Counted from the stretch's first letter, positions 53,101-63,803 are shown. The stretch is DNA of 64,000 bases from an uncultured delta proteobacterium (GCA_963708295.1 CAVPSJ010000005.1:32001-96000); one strand, 5' to 3'. The notes: generated by a model not told the origin, from the letters alone. Made by a program: numbers and translations.

Positions 53101-54414
53101 TCAAACGACCGGCTTCTGTTTTTCTTCCTTTCCTTTCTTTTCGTCGACCGTCCAGAGGATGGCCATTCCTACAACGAAAAAGAAGAGAACGGAAAGAATG
53201 CCCGATTGAACGCTTCCCGTCATCGCGATTAAAATTCCGTAGATCAGCGGCCCGAATACGGAAGCAAATTTCCCTGATACGGCAAAGAAGCCAAAAAACT
53301 CAGCGCTATTGACGTCGGGGGTGAAGGTTCCTTGAAGGGAACGCGAGGCTGCCTGACTTCCACCCATGACCATCCCCGCCAGGGCCCCTAAGATCCAGTA
53401 TTCCGTCTTTGGGTCCCAGAAGATCCCTAGCTTGAATGCCCAGATGACAATCAGGGACCAGATGCCCAAAGAAATCATCACCGTCTTCTTATTCCCGATC
53501 GCATCTGCTAAGAATCCGAACAGAAGAGAACCGAAAAAGGCGATTCCTTGGATCATCAAAAAGAAAAGGATGATCTCACCCGTCTCCATCCCTAAGACTT
53601 CAGCGCCAAAGATCGAGGCCATGACAATGACGGTTTCGATCCCGTCGTTGTAAATCAGGAAAGCCACGAGAAACTTTGTCAATTCTCGAAACGTTTTGAT
53701 CCTGCGGAAGGTACGTTGAATGCGTCGATACCCCTCTTCGAAGTAACCCCTTTCAAAGGATGTATCCGGCTTCTTCGCCCTCTCCCTCAAGAAAAGAAAG
53801 GTGGGAAGTGAAAAGATCAACCACCAGAACGCCACGGAGAGAAAACAATCCTGAACCGTGAAAGTCCCGCTCGGGAATCCGATCCGCTCGGGATATTTTA
53901 GCATGATCAAGTTGATCGCCAAGAGTGCTCCGCCGCCGATATATCCCAGCGCCCATCCTAATCCCGAGATCCGGCCGATGTTTTGATCCGTCGAAATCTC
54001 AGGGAGGAAAGCATTGTAATAGACATTTCCTCCGGCGAACCCAATATTGGCGACGATGAAGAAGATGGCTCCCTTCCAATAGTTGCCCGCATGGACGAAA
54101 TAGAGAAGGCCGGTGAAGAGAATGGCGGTATAACAAAAAAACATCAGAAAGCGCTTCTTGGAAGCGGCGGCATCTGCGACCGCTCCTAGAAATGGAGAAA
54201 GCACGGCCGAGACGGCCATGCTCATGGCCACCGAGAAAGTGAAGAACGAGGCGCCGGGGAGACGAAACCCGAAAAATTCAACTCCCCTCTCTCCTCCGGC
54301 GACAACGGTTGCAAAGTATTGATTGAAGATGACGGCGAGAATGGTGGTCGCAAAGGCGGAGTTGGCGAAATCATACATTGCCCAGCCGAAGATCTCTCGC
54401 TTTTGCACTGGCAT
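53101..54414 (-). CDS. MFS transporter (UMF1/ATG22-like)
   Basis: GWAMYDFANSAF, YYNAFLP, GWALGYIGG, YNDG, AEFFGF; multiple TM helices. Confidence 0.88.
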   Translation of the reverse strand: MPVQKREIFGWAMYDFANSAFATTILAVIFNQYFATVVAGGERGVEFFGFRLPGASFFTFSVAMSMAVSAVLSPFLGAVADAAASKKRFLMFFCYTAILFTGLLYFVHAGNYWKGAIFFIVANIGFAGGNVYYNAFLPEISTDQNIGRISGLGWALGYIGGGALLAINLIMLKYPERIGFPSGTFTVQDCFLSVAFWWLIFSLPTFLFLRERAKKPDTSFERGYFEEGYRRIQRTFRRIKTFRELTKFLVAFLIYNDGIETVIVMASIFGAEVLGMETGEIILFFLMIQGIAFFGSLLFGFLADAIGNKKTVMISLGIWSLIVIWAFKLGIFWDPKTEYWILGALAGMVMGGSQAASRSLQGTFTPDVNSAEFFGFFAVSGKFASVFGPLIYGILIAMTGSVQSGILSVLFFFVVGMAILWTVDEKKGKEEKQKPVV

Positions 54415-54566
54415 ATCGGAGTGATTGATGGCGGGACGCAAAATGAACCCGACACGGGCAAAACGAGACACGGTGAGAAAACAACGAATTTCTCCCCCTC
54501 CTCGAGTCTCCCGCTCCCCGCGTCAGATTCTCTTTAGCTCCGTGTCTCCTTATTTCTTCCTGAGAA

Positions 54567-55523
54567 TTAGACTGTCCGGATCTCCTGCCGCATAAAGACG
54601 AGGTAGCAAACTCCAAAACAGACGAAGGTGATGGCGATGATCGCAATAAGATACCACACGACGATGATCAGGCTTTGCAAAAGGGGAAGGGGATTTTGAA
54701 AACGGCTCAGAGAAAGCCTCTCCAAAGGCCCCACCAAAACGAAGCCTCGGGTGGTCTTCCTCGTTGGATCAAGAATGGTGGTGGTTGCATCATTATAAAG
54801 GGTCGCCGGGGACAAAAGGGAGACCGTTCTTTGAACCTGTTCGTTTTTCACCAGGTCTGCACTCGTGCTGCTTTGGTTGATCGGGGCCACTGCATTGGCC
54901 ACAAAACCAGCCCCCAAGCCCACGAAAAAGGAGAAAAAAATCCAGATGGCCAGAGAAGCCAGGGCAGAGGTGGCCGTACTCCGGAAGACCACCGAAAAGA
55001 GGATCGCTATCCCCAGCCAGAAAGACACGTAGAGAATACTGATGATCACATAGATCGCGAGACGCAGCACTTCTTCTGATCCCGGCACCACCCCGATTAA
55101 TCGAATCCCCAGGCCTGAGATAATGAGGACGATCCCAACTAACACAACGGCGATCGTGGTCACACCTGCCAGATACTTCGCATTGATAATCGAGTCACGA
55201 TAGATGGGCTGTGAGGCGAGTTTGCTCAGCGTCCGCGAGACTCTTTCCCGATTGATCGCATCAAATCCAAGAAAAATCCCGATGAGAGGACCGAAAAAGC
55301 CGATGAACTGGACAAAGGAAAAGAGTTTTCCCGTAGAGGTAAAAAGCCACAAAAAGAGGAGGGTGGGTTTTGCCATTCCTTTGGATTCCTCCTGAATGCC
55401 CATCCCCACCATGGAGGCAATGATCACCCCGACCATCACAATCAACGCGGAAATCAGAAGAAACCGTACACTGCTGAAGTGGTCCTCCAATTCTTTTCTG
55501 AATAAGGTGAAGATCCCGTGCAA
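54567..55523 (-). CDS. ABC-2 type permease
   Basis: FRKELED, LGFDAINRERxxRTL..L..QPIYRD.II.AK; TM helices. Confidence 0.88.
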   Translation of the reverse strand: MHGIFTLFRKELEDHFSSVRFLLISALIVMVGVIIASMVGMGIQEESKGMAKPTLLFLWLFTSTGKLFSFVQFIGFFGPLIGIFLGFDAINRERVSRTLSKLASQPIYRDSIINAKYLAGVTTIAVVLVGIVLIISGLGIRLIGVVPGSEEVLRLAIYVIISILYVSFWLGIAILFSVVFRSTATSALASLAIWIFFSFFVGLGAGFVANAVAPINQSSTSADLVKNEQVQRTVSLLSPATLYNDATTTILDPTRKTTRGFVLVGPLERLSLSRFQNPLPLLQSLIIVVWYLIAIIAITFVCFGVCYLVFMRQEIRTV

Positions 55524-55524
55524 G

Positions 55525-56280
55525 TTAAGCCTCCTTGAAATATTTCATATAGAGCTCTTCGAGGGTATAATGCTCTTTTTCCACGCCCAGCTTCTTCTTG
55601 GCCAATTCTTGAATGGGCCCGATCGCTACCAGATTCCCTTTGATCATGATCCCTACCCGGTCACAAATCCTCTGGACCTGATCCAGAAGGTGGGAGGAAA
55701 GAAAGATGGTAATATTCCTATCCCGGCTCAAGGAGTGGATGAGGTCGAGCATCCGGTTCGTCCCGTCCGGGTCCAGACCAATGGTCGGCTCGTCGAGGAA
55801 AATCAGCCTGGGTTCCTTAATCAGAACCTCCGCGATTCCCAATCTCTGCCTCATCCCTTTCGAGTAGGTGCCCACCCTCTTTTCCTTGGCCTCTTCGAAA
55901 AGGCCAACTTGCTTGAGCACCTCGTCAATCTTCGTGGAAGAGATCTTATCGGGGATACGGTTCAGACGAGCAATGAACCGGAGATTCTGCCGGGCATTCA
56001 TATCATCATAGAAACCCACATTTTCAGCGAGATACCCGACCTTCTCTTTCACACGGAGGGGTTCACGCGTCGGATCGAATCCAATGACCCGGATCTTCCC
56101 CGAGGTCGGCTCCGTCAAGCCCAGGAACATGAGAAGACTCGTGGTCTTCCCCGCACCATTGGGGCCGAGGAATCCAAACACCTCCCCCTCCGGAATCTGA
56201 AGCGTCAGATTGTTCACGGCGATCTGAGTTCCATACTTCTTCGTCAGCCCTTCGGCTTCGATGACGAGATGGTTTTCCAC
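55525..56280 (-). CDS. ABC-2 type ATP-binding protein
   Basis: GPNGAGKTT, YSKGMRQRLG, LDEPT; GTG start. Confidence 0.92.
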   Translation of the reverse strand: MENHLVIEAEGLTKKYGTQIAVNNLTLQIPEGEVFGFLGPNGAGKTTSLLMFLGLTEPTSGKIRVIGFDPTREPLRVKEKVGYLAENVGFYDDMNARQNLRFIARLNRIPDKISSTKIDEVLKQVGLFEEAKEKRVGTYSKGMRQRLGIAEVLIKEPRLIFLDEPTIGLDPDGTNRMLDLIHSLSRDRNITIFLSSHLLDQVQRICDRVGIMIKGNLVAIGPIQELAKKKLGVEKEHYTLEELYMKYFKEA

Positions 56281-56281
56281 T

Positions 56282-57493
56282 TTAACGTCTCCCCAACCAG
56301 ATGAATAAGGCACTCAACCCGGCAATCACGAAGATGATGATGAAGATTCCGATCCAACCCCATGCGGTGGAGGCCTTCACCGTCACTCTCATTTCAATCG
56401 TCTTATCCGATTTTTCCCCGTTGACCATGACCCCTACCGAATAATCTCCGACCAGGGCCTGGGCACCCGGCTTGACCGTGACCTCGACCTGTTTCAAAGC
56501 ACCAGGATCCAAGGAATCGATTTTCTCCGGCTTGAACGTCACATCCCAGTTTTCGGGCTTGAAGGAAGAAAAAGTGACGTTACGGTTGACCGCAGAGCCC
56601 GTGTTTTTTACGAAGAATGAAAAATTGGCCGTTTTCCCTGCAACGGCCTCCAGAGATAGGATTCCTGAAGGCGTTCCGGCATCGAGCTTATAAATACCCG
56701 TCAGGGCCACCGTCAATTTCACTTCCGCCCTTTTCTCTCCTGAGGTCACCCTCACCAGAATGGGGTAATCTCCCGGAGAAGCTTCTTTCGCAGGGGTGAT
56801 TTCCACGGCCACCGACTGGCTCGTTGCTCCCTTGATCCGCAAACTGGAAATCTGCTTCTGTTCATAAGAAGGCTTGAAATTAATCTCCCATTTTTCCGGC
56901 CCGACTGCGGCCAGGTTGAAAGTTCGATCCACCTCGCTCTTATTCATGATATCCAGCGAAAACTCGAACTTGGCATCTGTCTGGCCCCTCAATACAGGAT
57001 AAGAAGTCGTTATCTGAATGTCCTCGAGACCTGCTGTCCGTTCCTGAACCGAGACGTTCAGTTTATTGGAAAAAGTGAATTTTCCGTCCGCCGTCCGGGC
57101 ATCGAACTGAAAGACGTAGTCTCCGGGCCCCACCGTCTTATCGGGTTCCAGGGTCAAAGCGAGGTTCTTTGTCTTTCCGTTGGGAACATAAACCCCTGAG
57201 ACCACGTAACTGCCGCCTTTCAGCGTGGCTTTCCATCCCTTTGGAATCGTGGAAATCCTGACATCGATGCTTTCATCCGTACGGCCTTTATTCTCCAGGA
57301 TCAAATCCATTCGAACGGCCTCTCCTTTGGGCACAATCACCCCGGAGAATTCCGGAAAAACAGCGATGCCCCGTTCCGGCCTGAGGTCCTTTTTCTCCTC
57401 CTGGGCAAGGAGAAGGGATGGAAGGATGAGACAAAAAATGAGAACAACCAAAAAAATGGATAAAGATGCTCGGCCTCGATTTACTCGCACCAT
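56282..57493 (-). CDS. NEW3/NPCBM-associated Ig-like repeat membrane-anchored protein
   Basis: Signal peptide; three Ig-like repeats (PxxW...GDY); C-terminal TM. Confidence 0.8.
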   Translation of the reverse strand: MVRVNRGRASLSIFLVVLIFCLILPSLLLAQEEKKDLRPERGIAVFPEFSGVIVPKGEAVRMDLILENKGRTDESIDVRISTIPKGWKATLKGGSYVVSGVYVPNGKTKNLALTLEPDKTVGPGDYVFQFDARTADGKFTFSNKLNVSVQERTAGLEDIQITTSYPVLRGQTDAKFEFSLDIMNKSEVDRTFNLAAVGPEKWEINFKPSYEQKQISSLRIKGATSQSVAVEITPAKEASPGDYPILVRVTSGEKRAEVKLTVALTGIYKLDAGTPSGILSLEAVAGKTANFSFFVKNTGSAVNRNVTFSSFKPENWDVTFKPEKIDSLDPGALKQVEVTVKPGAQALVGDYSVGVMVNGEKSDKTIEMRVTVKASTAWGWIGIFIIIFVIAGLSALFIWLGRR

Positions 57494-57620
57494 GGGTCTA
57501 CCTCCTAAGAAACACCTGTTAGAGTTTCATCAATCACGTTTTTTTATTTTGACGACGGGATAGGAATTGTTATATGTAATCGCTTGTCGAGGAGTTGTCA
57601 AGATAAATCCACTAAACTTT

Positions 57621-58727
57621 TTATAACATCTTCCTGGCGGATTTCAAACCCGTCCCGGTCAACGTGGAGATCACGGTTTCCCTTCTTCTCGTTTTCCTCA
57701 AGTACTTTTTCAACCCAGCCACCGTCGCCGCTGCGGTGGGCTCGATGAAGTGACCTTTCCGTCCCATTTCCTTCTGGGCCGTTCTGATCTCCTTTTCCGT
57801 TACCGCTAGAATCTCCCCGTCCGTCTCCCGAGCCGCCTCCAGGATCTGCCTTCCCCTGATGGGTTCTGCGATGGCAATCCCCTCCGCAACGGTCTCCTTT
57901 TTTTCAACGGGCCGCGGTTCTGCCCAACCTTTCTTGAACGCCCGATAAAGAGGCGCACAAAAAGCGGACTGGACGCCCACCAGCCTCGGGATCCTCTTGA
58001 TCCTGCCGGCTTCCTTCAACTCTTTGAAACCGATATGAACTCCCAAGAAAAGTGTCCCGTTTCCTACGGGGAGGACGAGCACATCCGGGACCTTCCATCC
58101 CATTTGTTCCCAGACTTCGAAGGCAAAGGTTTTCGTCCCGTGGAGGAAAAACGGATTCCAGCAATGACTGGCATAAGGGATTCCGGAAGCAGCCTTCCAT
58201 GTTACCTCCGCCGTCCTTTCCCTCGACCCTTGCACCTTTCTGAGAGTCGCCCCGTAAGCTTGAATTTGAACCGTCTTTTCCGAAGAGGTATTCTGGGGCA
58301 CATAGATCTCGCATCCGATCCCTGCTTTGGCACAGTAAGCGGCAACGGCGGATCCCGCATTGCCCGACGAGTCCTCGACCACTTTTTGGACTCCCCACTC
58401 TTTCATTTTACTCATGAGCACGGTGGCGCCGCGATCCTTATAAGATCCTGTCGGGAAAAGATAATCGATTTTCACCAAAGCCCGATTCCCGTCGAACGTG
58501 ATCTCCTCTAAAGGAGTAAACCCTTCATTCATGGAGAGGATGGACGTTTCGCGATGGATGGGAATCGTTTCACGATATCGCCATAAGGTAGGCCCTCTTC
58601 TTACGATTCTTTTCATCGGAAATCTGGATTCAAATTCGAGGTCGAGAAAGGAGCCGCAATCGCATCGCCACCTGGAGGGCTGAAGGGAATAGGAACGGTG
58701 GCAATCGGAGCAAAAAAATCTTTCCAT
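57621..58727 (-). CDS. thrC: threonine synthase family PLP enzyme
   Basis: N-terminal Cys motif; EGFTPL, PTGSYKDRG, DSSGNAG, PVGNG, EPTAA. Confidence 0.82.
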   Translation of the reverse strand: MERFFCSDCHRSYSLQPSRWRCDCGSFLDLEFESRFPMKRIVRRGPTLWRYRETIPIHRETSILSMNEGFTPLEEITFDGNRALVKIDYLFPTGSYKDRGATVLMSKMKEWGVQKVVEDSSGNAGSAVAAYCAKAGIGCEIYVPQNTSSEKTVQIQAYGATLRKVQGSRERTAEVTWKAASGIPYASHCWNPFFLHGTKTFAFEVWEQMGWKVPDVLVLPVGNGTLFLGVHIGFKELKEAGRIKRIPRLVGVQSAFCAPLYRAFKKGWAEPRPVEKKETVAEGIAIAEPIRGRQILEAARETDGEILAVTEKEIRTAQKEMGRKGHFIEPTAAATVAGLKKYLRKTRRRETVISTLTGTGLKSARKML

Positions 58728-58740
58728 CCACTAGAACCGC

Positions 58741-58830
58741 AAAGAGCATCGAGCATAGAGTGAAGAAAGAAGAAGAAAAAGAGTTGTTTTTTTCCTTTAC
58801 CCTTTACCCTTTGCTCTATGCCCTATGCGT
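58741..58830. repeat. heptamer-repeat palindromic element
   Basis: AGAGCAT/CGAGCAT-AGAG ... CCTTTAC/CCTTTAC/CCTTTGC/TCTATGC/CCTATGC. Confidence 0.65.
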
Positions 58831-58835
58831 TTTTG

Positions 58836-60647
58836 TTATTTGACGAGAGGAAACATCACCCGAAAGGTCGTTTGACCTTCCCCGGACTCCATCTCCATCC
58901 TTCCGTTCATCTGTTTGACTAATCGGGTTGTAATGTGGAGCCCTCTGCCTCTTCCTTCACCCAGGAGGTATCGATCTCGGTCCTCCTCTCGAATTTCTCC
59001 CGTATTGGTCACCTCCGCCACGGCCCATGAATCTTTTCGATAGGACCGAATAGAAAGATGCCCTCCCTGTTCAGGCATGGCGTTCGAAGCATTATTGAGG
59101 AGATTGTCTAAAACCCTTTCGACGTGCAGCGGGTAACATCGAATCCATAAAGGAGACTCCAACCCGCCTTCGATGAAACAAACATTCTCCCGCCTCAACT
59201 CATTGACCGCCTCCTCATTGATGACGAAGCGTTTCTTCAGCTTTTCTGTCAAATCCACCGTTTCCTCCCTCCCCTCTCCGTGAAGGGTCAGGGCCAATTC
59301 CTGAATGCGGGAGGTCTCTTTCAGAATAATATCCAAGGCCTGGACCACCTTTTCCTTCTTTGAAGAAAACTCTCCGTCCTCCACAATCTTTTGAACCCGT
59401 TTGGCAAATCCTGCCGCTGCGATGGCTGGATTCTTAAAATCGTGAAGAATATCGTCCATTTTCTCGAGCCTGAGCCCTTTCATCAATTCCATGCCGAAGA
59501 ATATGAAAATCTCGATTTCTTCCTCCGTGAATCTTCGGTGGTGGGCCTGCGCATCGAAGACCAGGAAATAGTTGACCACATCGCCCACTTTGAGCGGGAT
59601 ATAAAGAACGGAATGGATTTGCTGGACTTCCAGAAATCGTTTGAGGTCTCGAGGAAGCAGCCGACTTTCCTGCGGGTTGTGGATGAGAATGTAAGAAGGA
59701 AAGATCTTCTCGTGGTCAAATTCGCCGAAGGGACCCGCCTGGTTCACCACGGCATCGATATAAGGTTCCTTTACCGAAAAGGCCTTCCCAATCCCATGGT
59801 GTATCTCCGGATACCCTGCCTCTAAAACGACGTGGTCCCTTCCTTCGCTGACCGAAAAGAGGGAAACCCGTTGGATTCGCACGATGTCCACCAATTCGGG
59901 GACGACCAGATTGAAGACATCCTTCATCTTGATCCCCTCCCGCTTTCCCAGTTTCAGAAAGATCTGCTCCACGATCTTGTCTTTGGTTACATTCAATTTC
60001 TGGAGACCCACGATTCGCTTCCTGGCGATGACATAACTCACCCTTCTCGAGAGCATCTCCGCGATCTTGGCTTCGAGAGGCGTGAATATCTTGTCGATCT
60101 CCCTGTAGTAAATCTGAAAAGATCCTTCCGTATCGACATCTTTCAAAGAGAACCGGGGAATCAAAATGGGGACGGCCAGCATGGAATGGATCCCGTATCT
60201 TTGGACCTTCTCCTTATTCTTATACTTTTCCTCCTTCAAAATATTGGGGACGAAGTAAGCTCGATGGGTTTTCACGACCTCGCCCGCGATGGTATCCTCA
60301 AAGGGAACTGTCTCCTCACGGCCCTCCGTATAGTCGGGATAAGATCCAAAGGAAACCATTTCCTCCCTCCCGGGATCATAAATTCGTAGGCTTGCCGCCT
60401 CTGCTCCGAGATACTCCACGACGTTTTTCGCAACGGCCTCCAGGATCTCCTTCTCCGTTAGAGTGGGGTTGATCTCAAGGATGGTCTCTGTCTGACTGAT
60501 CAGCTGGTCCACGTACCGGTAGATCACTTCTTCTGTGATCAGGTTTACCACCCCGGCCACTTCTTCGAAGGAAAGGGCGCAACCCTTCCCCTTCAGGTCG
60601 GCCGCGATGGACTCCAAAAGTCCCTGATCAATCTTAAAATGGCTCAT
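58836..60647 (-). CDS. cytoplasmic GAF-GAF sensor histidine kinase
   Basis: Two GAF-like domains (SMLAVPI, SVLYIPL), H-box LHDFKNP, N-box LDNLLNNA, GRGRGL; start at 60647 preferred. Confidence 0.85.
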   Translation of the reverse strand: MSHFKIDQGLLESIAADLKGKGCALSFEEVAGVVNLITEEVIYRYVDQLISQTETILEINPTLTEKEILEAVAKNVVEYLGAEAASLRIYDPGREEMVSFGSYPDYTEGREETVPFEDTIAGEVVKTHRAYFVPNILKEEKYKNKEKVQRYGIHSMLAVPILIPRFSLKDVDTEGSFQIYYREIDKIFTPLEAKIAEMLSRRVSYVIARKRIVGLQKLNVTKDKIVEQIFLKLGKREGIKMKDVFNLVVPELVDIVRIQRVSLFSVSEGRDHVVLEAGYPEIHHGIGKAFSVKEPYIDAVVNQAGPFGEFDHEKIFPSYILIHNPQESRLLPRDLKRFLEVQQIHSVLYIPLKVGDVVNYFLVFDAQAHHRRFTEEEIEIFIFFGMELMKGLRLEKMDDILHDFKNPAIAAAGFAKRVQKIVEDGEFSSKKEKVVQALDIILKETSRIQELALTLHGEGREETVDLTEKLKKRFVINEEAVNELRRENVCFIEGGLESPLWIRCYPLHVERVLDNLLNNASNAMPEQGGHLSIRSYRKDSWAVAEVTNTGEIREEDRDRYLLGEGRGRGLHITTRLVKQMNGRMEMESGEGQTTFRVMFPLVK

Positions 60648-60768
60648 CGATACCTTGGGTTTAAAGAAACCTGCGAATAATAGAACCATTATAAACTTTT
60701 CGCAAAAGGTGTCAACATGATTGAAAAAGGCGTTTTTTCCTCCTCTGGACAGGATGACTATCGGCACA

Positions 60769-60962
60769 GAGGGGCGAGTTCTCGAACCTTTAGGATGCGG
60801 CTATGATCGGATGTTGTGGGGGATCTCATCGGCATTAAGCATCAAGACTTTATAAGGGTCTGGGACTCTTTCCAAAGATTGCTTAAAAGGTAGCCGCCCC
60901 ACCTTCGTCCCGCGAGGCGGGGCTTCGCACAGGCTCGCCTAAAGCTTCTTCAACCCGCCCTC
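60769..60962 (-). ncRNA. unidentified structured RNA-like element, copy 2
   Basis: Minus strand TGAAGAAGCTTTAGG...CCGCATCCTAAAG...GAGAAC, closing stem GGGCGGGTT/AACTCGCCC with a G-U pair; homologous to 39063-39225. Confidence 0.5.
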
Positions 60963-61345
60963 GGGATCCTGCCCTCGGTACCCAGACCGATGGGAACGCC
61001 TTTTTTCAGACACCGGGCCAATTTTCACCCGCGATCGGGTGGATCCCTGAAGAGGCTTGATCGCCCCAACCGCTTTAAAGTTTCGCTGCATGGGTTGAAC
61101 GGGGGAGAGTTCGTTTCAACATCATTCCGGGCGTTGATCCAGGTTATCCTCAACGTGGACCTTACAAAGCCTCGGAGGGGACTTACCCTGGTCGCGGGCC
61201 ATCAAAAACCGGGGGTGGGCAAGGATTGAAAGGGGATTGCCGGGCTTGTTCTGGATTGAGGGGATCCTGCCTTGCCAGGATGAAAGGCGGAGAGACTCTA
61301 TTTCAAAAATTAGGATTTTACCTTTGGCGTTGATTTAAACAAAAA

Positions 61346-62662
61346 TCATCTTTCAAACTTCCTGATCAGGATGGCGCTATTAACTCCGCCGAAACCCGCT
61401 GAGATCGAAAGGCCGAGTCTGACCTCCTTTTTTCTCGCCTGGTTGGGAACATAGTCCAGGTCGCATTCCGGGTCTGGAAATTCATAGTTGAGGGTGGGAT
61501 GGATGATTCCTTTCTCGATAGCAAGGAGGACGGAGATGGCCTCAACCCCTCCTGCCGCTCCCATCATATGGCCAGTGATGGATTTGGTTGAACTGATTGG
61601 AATGTGGTAAGCGTGTTTTCCAAAGACAGCCTTGATCATTTTCGTCTCCACCTTATCATTCAGTACGGTGGAGGTGCCATGAGGATTGATGTAATCAATC
61701 TCTTCCGGATGGATGCCGGCCATTTCTAGAGTATCTTTGACTGCCTTACCCAATGCTTTTCCATCGGGATCGGGGTCAGTAAGATGGTAGGCATCGGCTG
61801 TCATCCCCCATCCAATCACCTCCCCGTAGATGTAAGCCCCTCTTTTTTTAGCGTGATCTAATTCCTCAAAGATCAACACTCCAGCCCCCTCCCCCATCAC
61901 AAACCCATCCCTCTGACGGTCAAAAGGCCGGGAGGCTTTGCTTGGGTCGTCATTTCGCGTTGACATCGCCCTTAACACATCAAACCCTCCGAACACGTAA
62001 GGGGTCATACAGGCATCTGCTCCTCCTGTAACCATGACATCTTCTCCGCCACCCTGAATCTGAAGGAAACTATTGATCATGGCGTGGGTGCCGGAGGCAC
62101 AAGCCGTAGAAACAGCATAGGAAGTGCCCCGGAGAGTGAAAAATTCATTGACATGGGAGGTAATGGAACTCAGGTAAATATTGGGGAGGCCAAAAGGAGA
62201 GAGGCTTCTTGGCCCCCTTGATAAAAAGCGTTCATGAAAGTGTTCCAGCAAATCCATCGACTCTACACCAACTCCTAAAATGACACCAATTTGAAAAGGG
62301 TCCAAGTTCTTTAATTCATATTCTCCGGTCGGCTGATGACGATCTGGGTTTCCTTCTTTCTTCTCTTCCATTTCAATCCCCGCATCCATCAGGGCAAGCC
62401 TCGCTGCAGTAATGGCAAACTGTGAGGTTCTACCAAGTCGCTTGGAATGTTTTGTGGGATTGATATATTTCGAAAGCTCAAATCCATCGATGGGAGATCC
62501 AATCTGACTCCGGTAGGGACTCATGTCTCTTTCAGGAAATGAGATCCGACGAAAAGAAGACTTCCCCTTGGTCAAACTCTCCCAGTAAGCCTCTTTTCCA
62601 ATTCCAACGGGAGTGACCGGCCCCACTCCGGTAATCACCACACGTTTCTTATAATTCTTCAC
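61346..62662 (-). CDS. fabF: beta-ketoacyl-ACP synthase II
   Basis: RVVITG, STACASG, GFVMGEGAG, HGTST, SSTKSITGH, GFGGVN; GTG start after GGAGG. Confidence 0.93.
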   Translation of the reverse strand: MKNYKKRVVITGVGPVTPVGIGKEAYWESLTKGKSSFRRISFPERDMSPYRSQIGSPIDGFELSKYINPTKHSKRLGRTSQFAITAARLALMDAGIEMEEKKEGNPDRHQPTGEYELKNLDPFQIGVILGVGVESMDLLEHFHERFLSRGPRSLSPFGLPNIYLSSITSHVNEFFTLRGTSYAVSTACASGTHAMINSFLQIQGGGEDVMVTGGADACMTPYVFGGFDVLRAMSTRNDDPSKASRPFDRQRDGFVMGEGAGVLIFEELDHAKKRGAYIYGEVIGWGMTADAYHLTDPDPDGKALGKAVKDTLEMAGIHPEEIDYINPHGTSTVLNDKVETKMIKAVFGKHAYHIPISSTKSITGHMMGAAGGVEAISVLLAIEKGIIHPTLNYEFPDPECDLDYVPNQARKKEVRLGLSISAGFGGVNSAILIRKFER

Positions 62663-62911
62663 GCTCACCTCCCTACAGGTCGTTTCGTAATTCTTATCGA
62701 TTGTTCTGCCGTTTGTCAAGGCAGAAACTATTTTGCGAACCGTTTCCATTTTTCCTTGCCCGCAATAGCGCTAAATCGCCTCCGAGGCTGAAAAAAGTGC
62801 GCTGAACCTGTGCCAATATTTTTTTCAACAACAGGGTTGACATGTTCCCGGATTAGAAATATAAATTTCTTTGGAGTCGAATCAACCTTCTTAAGCTGTC
62901 GAGGGACAAAA

Positions 62912-63793
62912 ATGAAGGGCTTTTATCATCGAACCTGGATCTTCTTTTGTTTATGTCTTCTCTTTCTTCTTTCTGCTTGCTTTGCAAACAAGAAGCTGAC
63001 CGTAGGCACGACCGCGACATTATTGGAAGAAGTGGCGAGGGCTTCTTCTCAACAATCGGACCTGAGGGTCCTTCGGGAAGGGATGCCTGCCTATCTGATG
63101 TTGATCGATGGGATGATCCAGGCATGGCCGGACAATGACCGGTTACTCATCGCGGGGGCCCAGAGCTATTCCTCTTTTGCTTCCCTCTTTGTGGAGGACC
63201 AAGACAAGGAATATGCCAACTTGCTCTATATGAAAGGAAGACAGTACGCGTTGAGGTCTCTCGAACGGAGAGGGTTTAAGGATCCTCTCCAGACGCCTTT
63301 TGAGGATTTTAGCAGGGGATTGAAGCGCCTCGGGAAAAAGGATGTGCCCATCCTTTTTTGGACGGCAACCTGCTGGGCGAACTGGATCCGTCTTAACCTG
63401 GATTCGATGGAAGCCATCTCCGAACTTCCGAGAGTGGAAGGGATGATGAGGAGGGTCCTGGAACTCGACGAGGGATTCCATTACGGGGGTGCCCATCTCT
63501 TCATGGGAATATGGTATGCCTCCAGACCCAAAATAGCCGGTGGAGATCTCAAGAAAGCTCAAGAACATTTTCTGAAAGCCCTGGATCTTGGGCAAAGAAG
63601 ATTCTTGATGGCGTATGTTTACTACGCGAACTTTTATGCTCGAAAAAGTGAGGATCGGGGGCTCTTCGTCGCCACCCTCCAAAAAGTTTTGGACACTCCG
63701 GCTGACACGCTTCCAGACCTCGTCCTCGTCAACACCATCGCCAAGAAACAGGCAAAGGAATTGCTGAGCCATGTGGAAGAATATTTTGAATAG
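62912..63793 (+). CDS. TRAP transporter TatT component (TPR lipoprotein)
   Basis: Lipobox LSAC; helical TPR-like body, P..GGD..KA..HF..AL; upstream of dctP. Confidence 0.85.
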   Translation: MKGFYHRTWIFFCLCLLFLLSACFANKKLTVGTTATLLEEVARASSQQSDLRVLREGMPAYLMLIDGMIQAWPDNDRLLIAGAQSYSSFASLFVEDQDKEYANLLYMKGRQYALRSLERRGFKDPLQTPFEDFSRGLKRLGKKDVPILFWTATCWANWIRLNLDSMEAISELPRVEGMMRRVLELDEGFHYGGAHLFMGIWYASRPKIAGGDLKKAQEHFLKALDLGQRRFLMAYVYYANFYARKSEDRGLFVATLQKVLDTPADTLPDLVLVNTIAKKQAKELLSHVEEYFE

Positions 63794-63803
63794 GAGAAAA
63801 AAT

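Noticed and set aside
62800-62816. sigma54 promoter for fabF (minus strand TTGGCACAGGTTCAGCG)
   Set aside because: The -24 box and spacing are good, but the -12 box departs from TTGC; too weak to list.
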